The notes under the pieces were generated by a model that worked only from the letters and a program-made list of their open reading frames with translations, was not told the DNA's origin and searched no databases. This document shows, piece after piece, positions 23,801-35,100 of a stretch of 64,000 nucleotides of DNA; the first letter of the stretch is position 1, and the number at the start of each line of letters is the position of its first letter. The translations under genes were made by a program, and so were the position numbers. This DNA comes from Phoronis australis. Lineage: Eukaryota > Animalia > Phoronida. The stretch spans positions 368,186-432,185 of the forward strand of contig NMRA01000088.1 of assembly GCA_002633005.1 (NCBI GenBank), given 5' to 3'.

Positions 23801-26800
23801 TATTTGATCTTATGCTAAACACAACAGTTTCTGAAAAATAATTAAATCTCACTTGAGCAAAAATGCAAAGCCTCTGAGAATGTACACATAACTGCTAGTT
23901 ACTAAGATGCTTTCTACAGTAAATTATTTCTAGAGTGAGATGCAGTCATAATTACTCGGCTAAACTTTTTTCAGAAATTGGGAAGTGGGAGAGTAAGACC
24001 AAATTTTTGCCTCAAATGTCTTTCGTGGACCAGACTCCAGGGGTCACTACTAACCAGAGTAAGGAACAAGTAGAGAAAAGTTCCATAATCCTATGGTATG
24101 TAGTCTAAATGAAAAGTTATTTACAACGAAAGAGGGTTCATAACACTCAGCAGTAATGATAATCGGTAAAAGTACATAAAAGCATGGCTTTATTTTCAAA
24201 ATACAGTCTATCAGTTAAAAACCTGAGGTCGTCAAAACTGACACAAAAAATGTTGACAAAAAAGGTTCGTGTCGCACTCCTTTCTCAGAAGTATTACAAA
24301 TACCTCTTTCGTTTTTCTTGCCAATGAAGAACGCACACAATCGGATACAATAGAGGCGCGTGTTTCATGGTCCGATTTTTGGTGAACAATTCTGACTTCC
24401 GTCTGTTTACTTCCTATTGTAATTTAAGCGCATGTTTGATGTGTGCTGACTGCTGAGGGTGGCAAATGCACAGATTTCACGAAACAAAAAGGAACAATTA
24501 TGAACCAAAGGCATTAAAATCTAGGAAAATTGTTAGTAGTTTAAAGTTTGGAAGTCAGCACAAACTTTGAAATGAATTCCGAAGGAATTATTATTTGACT
24601 TTGATACTCACACTGGCGACTTCGTGGCCAAACACAATCTGAGGTTGCGTTGGCCACCTGAAGGTTGCCAAATTGAGCACTGCATGAGTACAATATGTGG
24701 CACAATTCAGTAATTATACCTGTGGATAGATGGTCTTCAGCAAACTTGACTTATGCCATGATCAGAAAAACTAAACCCGCTTGTATCTCATTCAGGGCCC
24801 TCAATTCCTCGATTGAAAAATTCCCCTTGGGGTTCGAATCACTTGTAACCCACACAGGTGACAATTTGAAAGAGCACAAAATGTTAGTTTTGGTTACTTG
24901 ACACAGAGCCTATGAGAGCTTGCAACATGGTGGAGGGTGCTATTGATGGTGATCGGGAGGCAGAATTCCCCCTCACCCGAAAAAATTCCCCTCAGAAGGC
25001 ACAGGCGCCTTCCCCATCAGATGAACGAGGGCCCTGCCATTCTATAGACTATGCAGCTATTATGTAACCGTTATCATTCACACCAACACTTTAAACTATT
25101 TTAACCCAAGTTCATGGTTTTAATGGCTAGTCCTCAGTGTTATCGCTTTCCAATTCATCCCAGTTAGTGTTTGAGCTCGCCACTGTTTCCAATGAGGACT
25201 GACAGCAGAGCCACCTAGTGAGTTATAAGTTTTGCAACTGCTTTGTTCACACTGAGCTACAACTGTTATAATTTCTCGGTGGACCACCCTCAGAGAGGTT
25301 CATAACCATGCTGTATTTACAACTCCTAAGAATGGTTTTAAAGTGTTCAAACCACTTACTCAGCCGATTGCTAGTGATCGAGACGTGGCTGCCAGGATCA
25401 CTACTTTCATCCAGCGCACTGGAAAGAAATCATGATTGTTGAGGAAGTATTTCTTTCAACTTGAATTGATTTGATTTACACATCAATGTCCTCCAAAGTG
25501 TCCCTCTATACTCGAAAGGCACTTTTAGCTACTGTGACAGTTTAGCTAGTGTGAGGTGGTGTTCTCACCAGGATTTAAGTTGAGCATGGTGCAAACGATG
25601 GACTGCTGTCAATTGCATAGTTCGCTAAGTCCCTAAGTGGAGACTGTCGTGTTGTTTATTGATAAAAATTGTTTTTGTGAATAATAAAAAATAATAGCAG
25701 GTGGTCTGTTAAATGTTGTACCGGATGAGCGCAGGCAGCTTAGGTGGGCCCATTGCACTGATCACCTGGAACCATTTTTATGCTTTATTAATATATAGTG
25801 AGAAAATAATAATTAATAATTTTGACAAAAATGATGAGCAAGACGGCAGTAGACACTGAAATGTACAGTATGAAAGCAATGACTCAACATTTTACAGGTT
25901 GAGACCACTTAAAAGCATTGTATACACAAGACAGATATTCCAGTCAGCGTGGGGGTCAAATTTAACGAGGGGGTTCAAAATTCGAACATGGTGCCCACCA
26001 CACTCAAAATAAAAAAGCCTGGCGTGAGACGTAATTTGACAGAAAGCTTTCCGTGTACAAGACATGCGGCATCCATCCACATCATCTGTTCTACCTTCTC
26101 TGGTTTAAAGTTGCGGAGACAAACACAAATATCTGCTATGTACAACTTGTGATTGGGAATAGAGCCCTGGTGGGTGGTGATACTAGAATGCTTAGGCTCA
26201 AGGCATTAAAGTGCTCAAAATCACCAATTTTGTATAAAAACACAAAAAACCCCATCCGTCAATCAGCTGTCGAATTAGAACACCCGCCAACACTATCTGA
26301 GGATATGTTAATTAGCTAATTTCGAGTATTTATTGTCGATGCGCACTACGTAAAATCGGGACAAGCAATAACAGCACTTGTCATCGCCTCCATTGCGTTT
26401 AGTGCCAAAAGTTGTCAGGTCTTTCTGCTCATTTTCCAGTATAATAAGGTAAAATAAGGACTGGCGAGGCGTTGCATTTGTGTAGGTTGTGACAACTTGG
26501 TATTTGTCCACACTGTGACTCTCTTCATTTGCCCACAAGACATCATAGAATTTGTACAAGAAAGTCGTGTGTTGGAGGAAGTGACACACTGCCACTGGGT
26601 ACGATCATACGTCACACTCACGTCCACAAAGCTAAGAAACTTGTAATTGAGGCCGCTTTCCTTCTATTATCTTGTTTTTGAGAAAATGAATTCATGATCG
26701 CGATATACAGTGCGGAAAAGGAAGGTTTAATGATGCTGACAATGTAGTCACTTGTCAAAACAAGGTGAATGGTGATTTTAAGCAAAGTTGGCCGATAGTC

Positions 26801-28579
26801 GAGGTTTTTAAGTTTAGCAATATCACACACGCCACAGGAAAACAAGGAAAAACATCACAGTATCTCAGTCTTTTTAGACAATACCTCTCATACACTATAA
26901 GAGACTCCCACTGCTTTCTATTCAGCCATAATTATGTCTGTCACAAATCTCCTGAGGATTTCAACCTCGCCACTAGTCAATCGGTAGTTACCCAGTGATT
27001 GGCTGCTATCCGACATTCATTTGTGACTATTCAATGAATGATGCCAATCGAAGGTTGGGCCAATCTCTTGATAGATAATACATCCTGTGGACGTTGAAAT
27101 AACAGAAATGCTCAACTGATTTACCTTATGATTGATAAAACAAAGCATACAAAACAATATGAATGGAAATGATTACCTGTGAATAATAGATTGGATATAT
27201 GCAGCCAAAAATGCAATTATCTCCCTTCCAGAATTTCGTCTTAAGTATGCAAATTATAGGTAACCTGATCAAAAAAGTTGCGACCTTACCCGATAAGAAA
27301 ACGTGGAGTATTTTGAACAAGCCATGTAAAAAGATTTGCACTCTGGTTGTAGTGTTGAACCTTCAAACTTAATTTCAAGAGTAATGAAGGATGAACATCT
27401 AAAAAGACAAAAGTTTACAGAGGGGCAATTCTGAACTTGTCGAGTGCTTTGGTTTTCAGTAAAGTTTTACTAAAAAGTTACCGGCAGATCCCGGCGCTAA
27501 CCATCAGTTGGTAAAATACATAAGAGGAGTATCAGCCTAGTATTATTTATAACAAAATAACCAGGCTGATGAATCAGCTAACCACTGATTAGACAACACC
27601 CAATCTGAACTGGGAAACCATAGTCATCCCAAAGGGTAGCCATATGCCAGAAGCTTTTTGGCAAATTATTCTTCTCACAGACTAACCCATCAGTCGTGTA
27701 GCTATAAGTTTGTGAACAGATGGTCACTTAAGGAGGTTGTTAAGAGTCTTTAAATCTTTTCAGCTGAAACAAATTGGTCAAATGCTGCACCTTGGGTTCA
27801 GGCAGTCAATTCGCTTTCATGCCGCCAGACATGCCAAGAGGTGGCAGCGCAGACGTGAAACCGGTCTAGTCACCACTGGGTAGCTAGTGACTGACAAGTG
27901 TGTCATGCAGTAGCAAATTGACTGATTGAGAACCTCGCAACAATATGACGGATATAATTATGGCTGGAAAGAAAGCAGTCAATGTCTCTTTATAACAGAC
28001 ACAGTCAAAGAATCAGGTATGTTCTAATCAAAAAGATCAAGATAAGCTCACGTGTCTGTGTTTCTAGCCACTCTAGGTCAATCAGAATTTATTGTGAAAC
28101 TGTAATATACAGATTAGTATGAACTCCACGGTAATAATAGTCGGATACATGGCCCCTCACCTCATTTAAAATTGATTTGAGAACGGTTTTATTCAGTGGC
28201 AGTAACTAGTTCTCAAATCAGGGACCAGCCTATACGACTATTACTGAACTACATCAGCAACTAGGACAAAGTCTGGCGATTGACTGAAGTCTGACTGCCA
28301 ATCTTATAGACATCAAATCAATTGTTCATCAGTCCATGTCGATTATTTGAGTGTAGAGAGTGCAGAGTGTGTCATCATCGGATTTTCGTGAAAATTCAAT
28401 GAGGATTTGACATCTTGGCTCTCGCAGGTACCGTTAAGAACAAAATCAACTTGTCAGTTAGTACGAAAACGCGAGCTCGAACCTACCCTACTCCTCATAC
28501 GGAACTCATCGCGTATATTGTTTAGCGCAACTCGAGGCATTGAACGCAACATCTGAAGCGCCTTGTCGACGGAAGCCAT
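11344..28579 (-). CDS. MRPL15: Mitochondrial large ribosomal subunit protein uL15m, complete, 293 aa; complement(join(11344..11805,16723..16888,18077..18237,28487..28579))
   Basis: Four exons (93+161+166+462=882 nt) splice in frame: [21 protein letters not shown]...[11 protein letters not shown]...[12 protein letters not shown]...RRQYPPLSL...[12 protein letters not shown]...[14 protein letters not shown]...[13 protein letters not shown]...[15 protein letters not shown]...YYKS*. These are characteristic MRPL15 motifs. Confidence 0.96.
11931..12052. repeat. Minisatellite, ~18-bp unit (aaattgttgtgtgtaatt) x7
   Basis: Tandem copies in MRPL15 intron 3. Confidence 0.9.
13365..13470 (+). repeat. 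Dispersed repeat family C; partner at 24945-25037
   Basis: cctcattcacctggtgggaaaggtgcttgtgccttctgaggcaattttttt matches the reverse complement of aaaaattcccctcagaaggcacaggcgccttccccatcagatgaacgagg. Confidence 0.75.
14083..14210 (-). repeat. Dispersed repeat copy (partner of 5955-6082)
   Basis: caggcaaaatgacccagaatgccccctcatgacggctgggcag...agtagtctcccctgatgaccaagaatgaaggagaat. Confidence 0.8.
14257..14820. mobile_element. PIF/Harbinger (Tourist-like) MITE, ~560 bp, TAA target duplication
   Basis: ~35-40-bp TIRs (gggctgttccagcaaaatctgtgtgggggg-aaggca / tgccttccccccctcccatacagattttactggaacagcct) flanked by TAA on both sides; internal aaaaattac.ggtggt repeats. Confidence 0.85.
14845..15570 (+). 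mobile_element. Probable non-autonomous Helitron/Helentron-type (HINE/DINE-like) element, degenerate
   Basis: cgtccgtcg...atctcctaaacc...gaaatttggca motif followed by several degenerate tandem subunits (aaatttg/aaattta...ttttg). Confidence 0.4.
15593..16089 (+). mobile_element. Internally deleted hAT-like element with a transposase N-terminal remnant
   Basis: TIRs cagggcttggaat / attccaagccccg; ATAGAA direct repeat on both flanks; sub-terminal ttccgc repeats; internal frameshifted MASREF...KNVWRWEW...KAWCAH. Confidence 0.75.
16723..16888 (-). CDS. MRPL15: MRPL15 exon 3 (166 nt, [37 protein letters not shown]...YGVHLTDE)
   Basis: Minus-strand acceptor gtgttccag, donor GAG|gtagtg. Confidence 0.94.
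17805..17890 (-). mobile_element. Family A hairpin element copy (reverse orientation)
   Basis: cccgcattttgagaactagttttctccactgaacaacgggcataaaactggttctcaaaat. Confidence 0.8.
18077..18237 (-). CDS. MRPL15: MRPL15 exon 2 (161 nt, [53 protein letters not shown])
   Basis: Minus-strand acceptor gtcttgtag, donor gtaagt; carries the uL15 GFEGGQ motif. Confidence 0.94.
18402..18555. repeat. Long inverted repeat (47-bp arms, 4 mismatches) with a second pairing of the loop
   Basis: 18402-18448 pairs with 18475-18521; the loop sequence cgatttttgtgatcct is complementary to aggatcacaaaaaatcg at 18539-18555. Confidence 0.9.
19332..19493. mobile_element. Degenerate MITE (cataggcgcatccag...ggatctgc)
   Basis: Terminal motif plus internal ggggtccggacccccc palindrome. 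Confidence 0.5.
19700..19951. mobile_element. Harbinger-like MITE, ~250 bp
   Basis: TIRs ggcccgctccaagaaaactgacttcgct / agctaagtcagtttcttggaacgagttcc. Confidence 0.7.
20817..21210 (+). mobile_element. Highly decayed retroelement fragment (Penelope-like GIY-YIG C-terminus)
   Basis: Motif remnants LVHNPKK (20817), WFERGV (21135-21152) and MNEGGY (21191-21208) occur in the expected order, interrupted by frameshifts. Confidence 0.4.
21993..22235. mobile_element. MITE (TIRs cacgcgtgcacctag / ctgggtgcgcgcata)
   Basis: Imperfect terminal inverted repeats with G/C-run sub-termini. Confidence 0.6.
23819..23905 (+). repeat. Dispersed repeat fragment; partner at 29146-29232
   Basis: acacaac..tttctgaaaaataattaaatctca.ttgagcaaaa.tgcaaagc is present at both sites. 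Confidence 0.75.
24945..25037 (-). repeat. Dispersed repeat family C copy
   Basis: Reverse-complement match to 13365-13470. Confidence 0.75.
28170..28226 (+). mobile_element. Family A hairpin element, shortened copy
   Basis: tttgagaacggttttattcagtggcagtaactagttctcaaatcagggacc. Confidence 0.6.
28487..28579 (-). CDS. MRPL15: MRPL15 exon 1 coding part ([31 protein letters not shown])
   Basis: ATG in AACATGG context; resembles the MRPL15 N-terminus (AL.LLR.LPRVSL.N); donor AGG|gtaggt; phase 0 fits exon 2. Confidence 0.88.
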
Positions 28580-28620
28580 GTTGGGCAAAATGACCTTGAC
28601 ATTAAGACACTTCCGGTAGA
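28575..28620 (-). promoter_or_regulatory. MRPL15 proximal promoter/5' region with ETS (ACCGGAAGTG) and YY1-like (AACATGGC) motifs
   Basis: cacttccggt at 28608-28617, ~30 bp upstream of the ATG; AACATGGC overlaps the start codon. These motifs are typical of housekeeping/mitochondrial gene promoters. Confidence 0.5.
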
Positions 28621-29672
28621 TGTTATGCCAATCGAAGTACGCTCTTGAGTCCCTTGAACACCATGTTGACTGAAAGTGAAATACTGTGTCCAACATTTTA
28701 CATTTTCACAAAGTGCTTCATAGTCTCAAAAATGTTGAAGCCATTGGTATACAGAATTAGTTTTTGTTGGGTGTATGATCAGTGGCTGCTGACGGAGGTA
28801 AACGATTGCTTTCTAAAAAGTGGTAATTCTTCCAACCTTCAGCACATTTCTATTAGTTACGGTACACAGATTAATAAGAAAAAAATATCAAGTTAACCTG
28901 AAAAGATAAAATCCAATGCTACTGTAGCAGACGCAGAGGATATCCTTGTTCGTATTCTTATTAATTTTGCCTTCACGACCAAGTTAGAAGTATCCCCGGC
29001 CATTACTCACCGACAGACGCATAGGAATTTCAACATGTTAAACTTGGGTTAATACGAAAGTTTTAAATTTTTATTAAAAAGTTTAACCTGGACCTGTTTC
29101 ATTAAAGAACAACGTAATTAAAGGAATTTGGCTTTACGCTGCGTGACACAACTATTTCTGAAAAAATAATTAAATCTCATTTGAGCAAAACTGCAAAGCA
29201 TGAGAACACACGCACAACTACAAGCTCACTGAAATAATACATTTGATTATTTCGAGTGTGTGATACGCTCATAGTTACGTGGCTAAACCACTATTCGGCA
29301 ATTGTGAAGTGGTATAACGGAACACCCCTGTCTAAGTCTAAGTGTTTTTCCTTGAAACAGACCCCAGACCGTGGCCCGAAAATGCACGATACGACACTTT
29401 TATGCGCAGTCGCACAGATGCCCCAGGAAAGTCCGCTCATTTTCATTTCTTAAGCAATTATCTAGTACGCCATCTTTTAGTATTTTTCTATTATCATCTA
29501 ACGTTGTGTATTACTCATTCTTTTTATTACATATTATAACTTTGCATAGACCACGTGGGACTAAAATAAGTTTTTGAAATTTTTGTCATTCTGGTAGCAG
29601 CATTTATTTTATTTTTAATTATGCATTTACAGTTTACATTTTCCAACGTTTGACTTTTTTAATTGCACTTGT

Positions 29673-29776
29673 TTGTCATCTAATAACCATTACCAAATCA
29701 AGTCAAATGAAAGTTTTCAGCATTGTCATCTAATAACCATTACCAAATCAAGTCAAATCAAAGTTTTCAGCATTGC
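29673..29776. repeat. Near-perfect 50-bp tandem duplication
   Basis: ttgtcatctaataaccattaccaaatcaagtcaaat(g/c)aaagttttcagca x2. Confidence 0.9.
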
Positions 29777-30939
29777 CCCAGGCTACTGCCATGTGTTGAA
29801 GGTGCAGTTGGCGTTATCTTATTCACAGACAATTTAAGTGATAACATATATGTACGAAGTACTCGACAAAAACTGAGAAATTTGTGCTACAGTCTACAAG
29901 GCGTACGTGCTAAACTAAACCATATATTAATGATCAACGGGTGACTACCTAGGCCACGTCAAACGTCACTGTCTGCTTATCAATCAACGCTCTGCACTTT
30001 TGTGCCTCGTCCACGTACTTGGTAATTTTAATTACTTGATCACAAGTAAACTATGGCAATCCTTGTGTATTTTCTTCTACGACACAAAAGATGATATTCC
30101 GGTACGCTCTCACTTTCGCTGGCCTAACAGTTGCAGTTAAAGTTTCACGCTGTTGATTGAAATTTTGAGAGTGCAAACTTAGACCCGAATGTTTGTTACT
30201 TGTTAAAAATTGTGATGTCGATAAAATTTAATACACAATAATTATTTCAAATGTTCGCACGCATATTGATAACAATCCTATGTCTTAACCGCGACATCAC
30301 TTCAGGTGAAGTTTAGATTTTTGGAAACCAATGCGTCAAGGTGATGAGCATTCTCTCTTTGATTTTTGTTTTCAATGGAAGCATATCTGACATGATGAAA
30401 ATGATACCATTTGCTGAGTGTACCACAGTTCTTTAGCGCCATCTCATGTCGAGCAGCCCAATGCTCGCTACAAGTTGGTAGCACTTGGAGCTGAAATTAG
30501 AAATCAAAGGCGGCAAAATATTTTTTCTCTTTCCTGTGTACTATGGTCCAATTCAAAACACATTGAGGCATTCGAACGCTTGAAATCAGACAGGAGAGTT
30601 TCATTAACGACCTTGATTTCAAAATTTCACTCTTTACTTTGAAACAAATGAAAATTGTAAAATGAACTATGTTAAATAGTGATTAAATTTTATCCATAAT
30701 TCGGCACATGCACCTATACGTGAAAAAGTGAGTAAAACCGAAGAGATTTAAACCTATGCTTACTACGTGAGTGAAACTCGACTTAACTCTTTTTCAGGAC
30801 GGTAGACGTTTTCCGGTATTCAATTTATCACTTAACAATGAAACGAAAAGTATTAAAAGTAAGTAAACTCACACAAATAACATGCAGTTTAAGACATGCT
30901 CATATGCAAGGCATATCCGCAAACAGTTCTATGCGAAAC

Positions 30940-30957
30940 TTAGGCGCATGCGCCTAA
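30940..30957. promoter_or_regulatory. Perfect 18-bp palindrome containing the NRF1 consensus GCGCATGCGC
   Basis: ttaggcgcatgcgcctaa, ~2.4 kb upstream of the MRPL15 ATG. Confidence 0.4.
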
Positions 30958-31315
30958 TTGCGAAACACTTGAGTTCACATTTCCTTGAGAAAACGCAGGA
31001 CTTTAGATAGACATAAGACATGGAAGGTAAAAGAAATGACGATGCGTTCTATTCGTGAACATCTGGAGCCGCTTTTGTCAACCATCTAAGCTAAGGCAGT
31101 CGTAACTTCGATTTTCATTTGGGTATAATTCCTGCACGTGGCTCGTGAACATGAAAAATTACCAACTTTACACCTGTTGCAATCTTTTTGCTTTTTTAAA
31201 GAACGGCACGTCGCGTTTGCAACAACGTGCCTACGACCCTCTCAGTTACGACCGCACTAACGATCCTTGATAAAACGGGCCCCTGATGCCGTTTCACAAA
31301 ACATTATGCAGGAAT

Positions 31316-31460
31316 GAATACCGTAGAGACATGCATACCATAGAGACATGCATACCATAGAGACATGCATACCGTAGAGACATGCATACCGTAGAGACAT
31401 GCATACCATAGAGACATGCATACCGTAAAGACATGAATATCGTACAGACATGCATACACG
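31316..31460. repeat. Minisatellite, 17-bp unit (cc(g/a)tagagacatgcata) x8
   Basis: Tandem copies. Confidence 0.92.
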
Positions 31461-31919
31461 TATTCTGGTTTCATGATTTTCAAAGACCAACATAAGTTTC
31501 CACTTTTGAAGGTTAGTAATAATTCATTGAAATAACCACAAATACAGAACATATTGGAAACCATCAAAAGCATTATATCCTGACTACATTTCAAATTGAC
31601 GACATTGTTTAGAGCAAGTTCAGGGTACATTGTACAATCATAGCAGTCTCACTGTTTGAATTTTGCTAACTCTCTGAATCCATCCCCAATACTTTTCAGA
31701 AGATCGATAAATTTGCGTATCTCGCAAGAGCAACAATGCTTTAGAGAAGGCCATAGTACCCTATGAAGTATGATTAAATGCATAGCATTTTTTATAGATA
31801 AATGATTTTTAATATGTATTATAATGTTTCTCACAACTAGTACAGCAATTTTCTGCGCATTGTTTTGTTGTAATTTATAAATTCTCATCAGAGTGACGCC
31901 TTCCCTATCTTCAATCTCC

Positions 31920-32123
31920 CCACAACCACCACCACTCCCACCTCAGCCGCAGCTGCACCAGCACCGTCACCCGCCACCACCACCAGCGCCACCAGCACCA
32001 TCACCACGCCCNNNNNNNNNNNNNNNNNNNNNNNNNNNNNNNNNNNNNNCCACCACCACCACCACCACCATCACCACCACCACCACCACCACCATCACAA
32101 CCACTACAACCACCACCACGACT
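31920..32123. repeat. (CAC)n microsatellite spanning an N gap
   Basis: CCA/CAC repeats on both sides of the N run. Confidence 0.9.
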
Positions 32124-35100
32124 ACTTATTTACAACCAAAAATGCTGAATGGGTTCAAACCATAAACAAGAAGCTTTCACCCATTCGAATGACAAGACAT
32201 TAGAAACCGGAAGACGCGTGTGTCGTTTCTGCACTACGCCACAGTCAATTTGTCCGATGTCGCAAAAACGTGCAATAGTTATTTACATAAATTCGGAATT
32301 AATTTCGAAAATTTTCGTCGAACTCATTGGCTCGACCTCATGTGAGGAAGGTAAACAGCAAACGAAAGGCGACACCCTGAATGAGTCCGCCCTGGGCTCG
32401 TTACATAATAAAAGCCCGATGTGTAAAGACGCTGGTAAACACATCTCCAAAAATTCAACACCGATCTTCCCACGCGCAACAAGCAGCGCGCGTTTGTTCT
32501 TATTTTCACGTTTCAAGTGCACGGTTGGTGAAGCAAAATTCACCGCAATTCATTCAAGACATTTACAGCAGTTTTTGATGACCTTGTGGGTAAACTAACG
32601 TGTAGCGAGACAAAAAAAGGTTCGAAATTTTGAGAGTCATCCGCTCTCGAGACTTTTGTTATCACACTGAAAAATAGCCTAAGAGAGAAAAAATAATTGA
32701 CCATATGTGTTGACATAATGTTGAGTTTCTTGTATCTTTGCACTGACTGGAAAAAAGCGTAAATTGCTTGCAAACAATACAGGCATTCTTGTCACCCTGT
32801 TTTCATTCATGTCGTTTTGTCGTTGAATAAAAAAATGTTTTTTCTAATTTTTATCACCGGCTTCCTCGGGGCGGGAATTATTTCAGCCAAAGAGATTTTA
32901 CACAGTTTTCATAATCTGACGCGAGACGAAGCGACAGCGTGTAAACAGCTTGGTAAGGTAAGCTTTGAAACATTGATCATTTTTCTAGGGATTAAAGTAT
33001 TCTTAAACATTTTCTTCACGTATCATATGTCAATGTTCCATTGTATTTCCGGTCGTTACGTCAGTTTTTCAAGGTTTGGCTTAGCGTTTATGTGGGTCAA
33101 AAGAGTCAAATACTCTGGTGGACAGCAAACGAAATTGATTGAAACAGAATGATGGTAAGTTATTCCATTCATGTTGTGCATTTCGGATACCTGAACATAA
33201 TTTAGCTTATTATCGATTAACGGAAAAAACGCGGCGGGTTTATTTTTGAAAATCCGACCTGAACAATGGCCGCGAGTGGTGCACCACTCGTGACACCAAT
33301 TCTACTCGATTCGGGATGTGAACGTGTTTGTGTACTCCACTCAATGCACTATAGTCGTTTAAATTTTGTATGTTTATGGTTTACGTTACGTTAGATTTAG
33401 GCACGGTTTTTGCAAACTTCTTATCCTTCGATTACGCCATTTTAAGTCACGTCAGGACATATAATGAATCACGGGTTTGACCCTGATACATACATTAGTA
33501 ATAACACCCACTGCGACTACATAAATTCCGGATTTAACTTTTTCCAACGGTGTCGTTTCTTGTTTGCCAACATTCAAAAATTCTGAATTAGATATTATCG
33601 TCATAACCTGAGGGTTAAAGAAAACTGAAGACGAATGCTGATTCGACGACATTTCTGAGTTAATGCATTTGAACTCTTAAAACAAATTTCACACTTCACT
33701 GTGTCTGTGGCCACATAACAGTCATTTGATGCGACAGGATAGTTCGAGATCATTTATCTCACGAACCATAGTTCTTTCCCGTCTAAATAATGTTCGCATT
33801 ACCATTTACGAACCATATTATTGTATAAATCCATCGTGGAATCTCATTATCTTAAAAACTTGTTATGAAATTGGAAAATAAAAAATGGATGACCTTTTCG
33901 ATTCAATGCGCTCATTATCATAGGTCTGGAGTTTTTAAAATAACATGCTTCAGTTTGGAGTAATATGAATTTATTTTTTAAAAGTAACACGCTTCATTAT
34001 GAGGTTATGACGTTATACTATTTCATATACGATGCAGGTTCCGTAGGGTATTGTCGAAATTTTACGTGTTCAAATATACATTTCGTATTGCTCAAAGCGA
34101 TATTAGCATTAACATACCTTACCCTTTCCGTACCTTTAGTTATTCCTAAGGTTGTCGTCATATTGCCTTCTGAAAGAATTTTTGAAGTTGAAAAATGAAT
34201 GACTTTCTCTCATCCAGTGCGATGGAGATCCGGTATTTTTTCCAGGAATGACCTGTCACAGCGAAGTTATTCGTATTGTATGTCGATAGGAGTTATATGT
34301 TCATGCATCCAAACTTTGCTTTTATTTCTATCTTACAGGATATTTGTATTTCGTAACGAGATAAATGTTTGTTCTACTGTATCTAGAAACCAATTTGTGA
34401 TGCGATATGAAAATTAGGATTGAAACTTATGACTCCAGCATAGACGAAACCTACGACAAGGCCGTAGCATCAAAAAACTAACACGAACAGGAAATTGCAT
34501 TGCACTTGTTTACTGTAACATAACCGTGGAACGATATGCTTTAAATTTAGAAGTCATTAAACGATATTTTCAATATTGCAAAGCTCAACTGCATTGATGT
34601 ATTGCACGGAAGCGCGAGCTTTGTGTCCCCGAAGCTTCGATGTGTAACTCATCGCCGACACTACTTATGTATGGCAACACTACGCGTTTTTTAGATGAGT
34701 TGATTTGTCCTTGATTCGTATCTTTGTTTGGGATTAATGTAACATAATAGGAGAGAATTACGTGTCTGCTTTAGACCGTTAAAATGGTGCCGATTGTGTT
34801 ATTATCTAATTATGAATTACATGCACAGACATAACATATTATTTTTTACGTAATGTTCGCTTAAGCTATTGCATAGATTAAGACTTGCAACAAAGGTCGG
34901 ACAGAGAGTTAAAATCCCAAATGTCTGTAAAACCAATTGTCTCTATGAAATTTCCAATCACAAAGCATTAAACATTAATCTAATTATTAATAATTCTTTT
35001 GTGATTCGTAATTGTAATGGTATCGCTAGATTTGCTAAATAATATCTCGAGGCAAGTAATAAAAAACGTATGTGGGTAAGTAATAAAAAACAAAATGGCG

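Noticed and set aside
24820-24860. GGTTCGAATC B-box-like motif suggesting a tRNA or SINE
   Set aside because: No A-box or cloverleaf can be built around it.
27300-27341. IFLHGL peptide resembling the LYPLA IFLHGLGD motif
   Set aside because: The following residues (FKILHV) do not match, there are no proper exon boundaries, and it lies in the MRPL15 intron on the strand opposite to that predicted by synteny; likely chance.
31893-32165. Pro/Thr-rich ORF
   Set aside because: (CAC)n microsatellite plus assembly gap.
32149-32598. 149-aa ORF and antisense overlapping ORFs
   Set aside because: No recognisable family; looks like promoter-like non-coding sequence.
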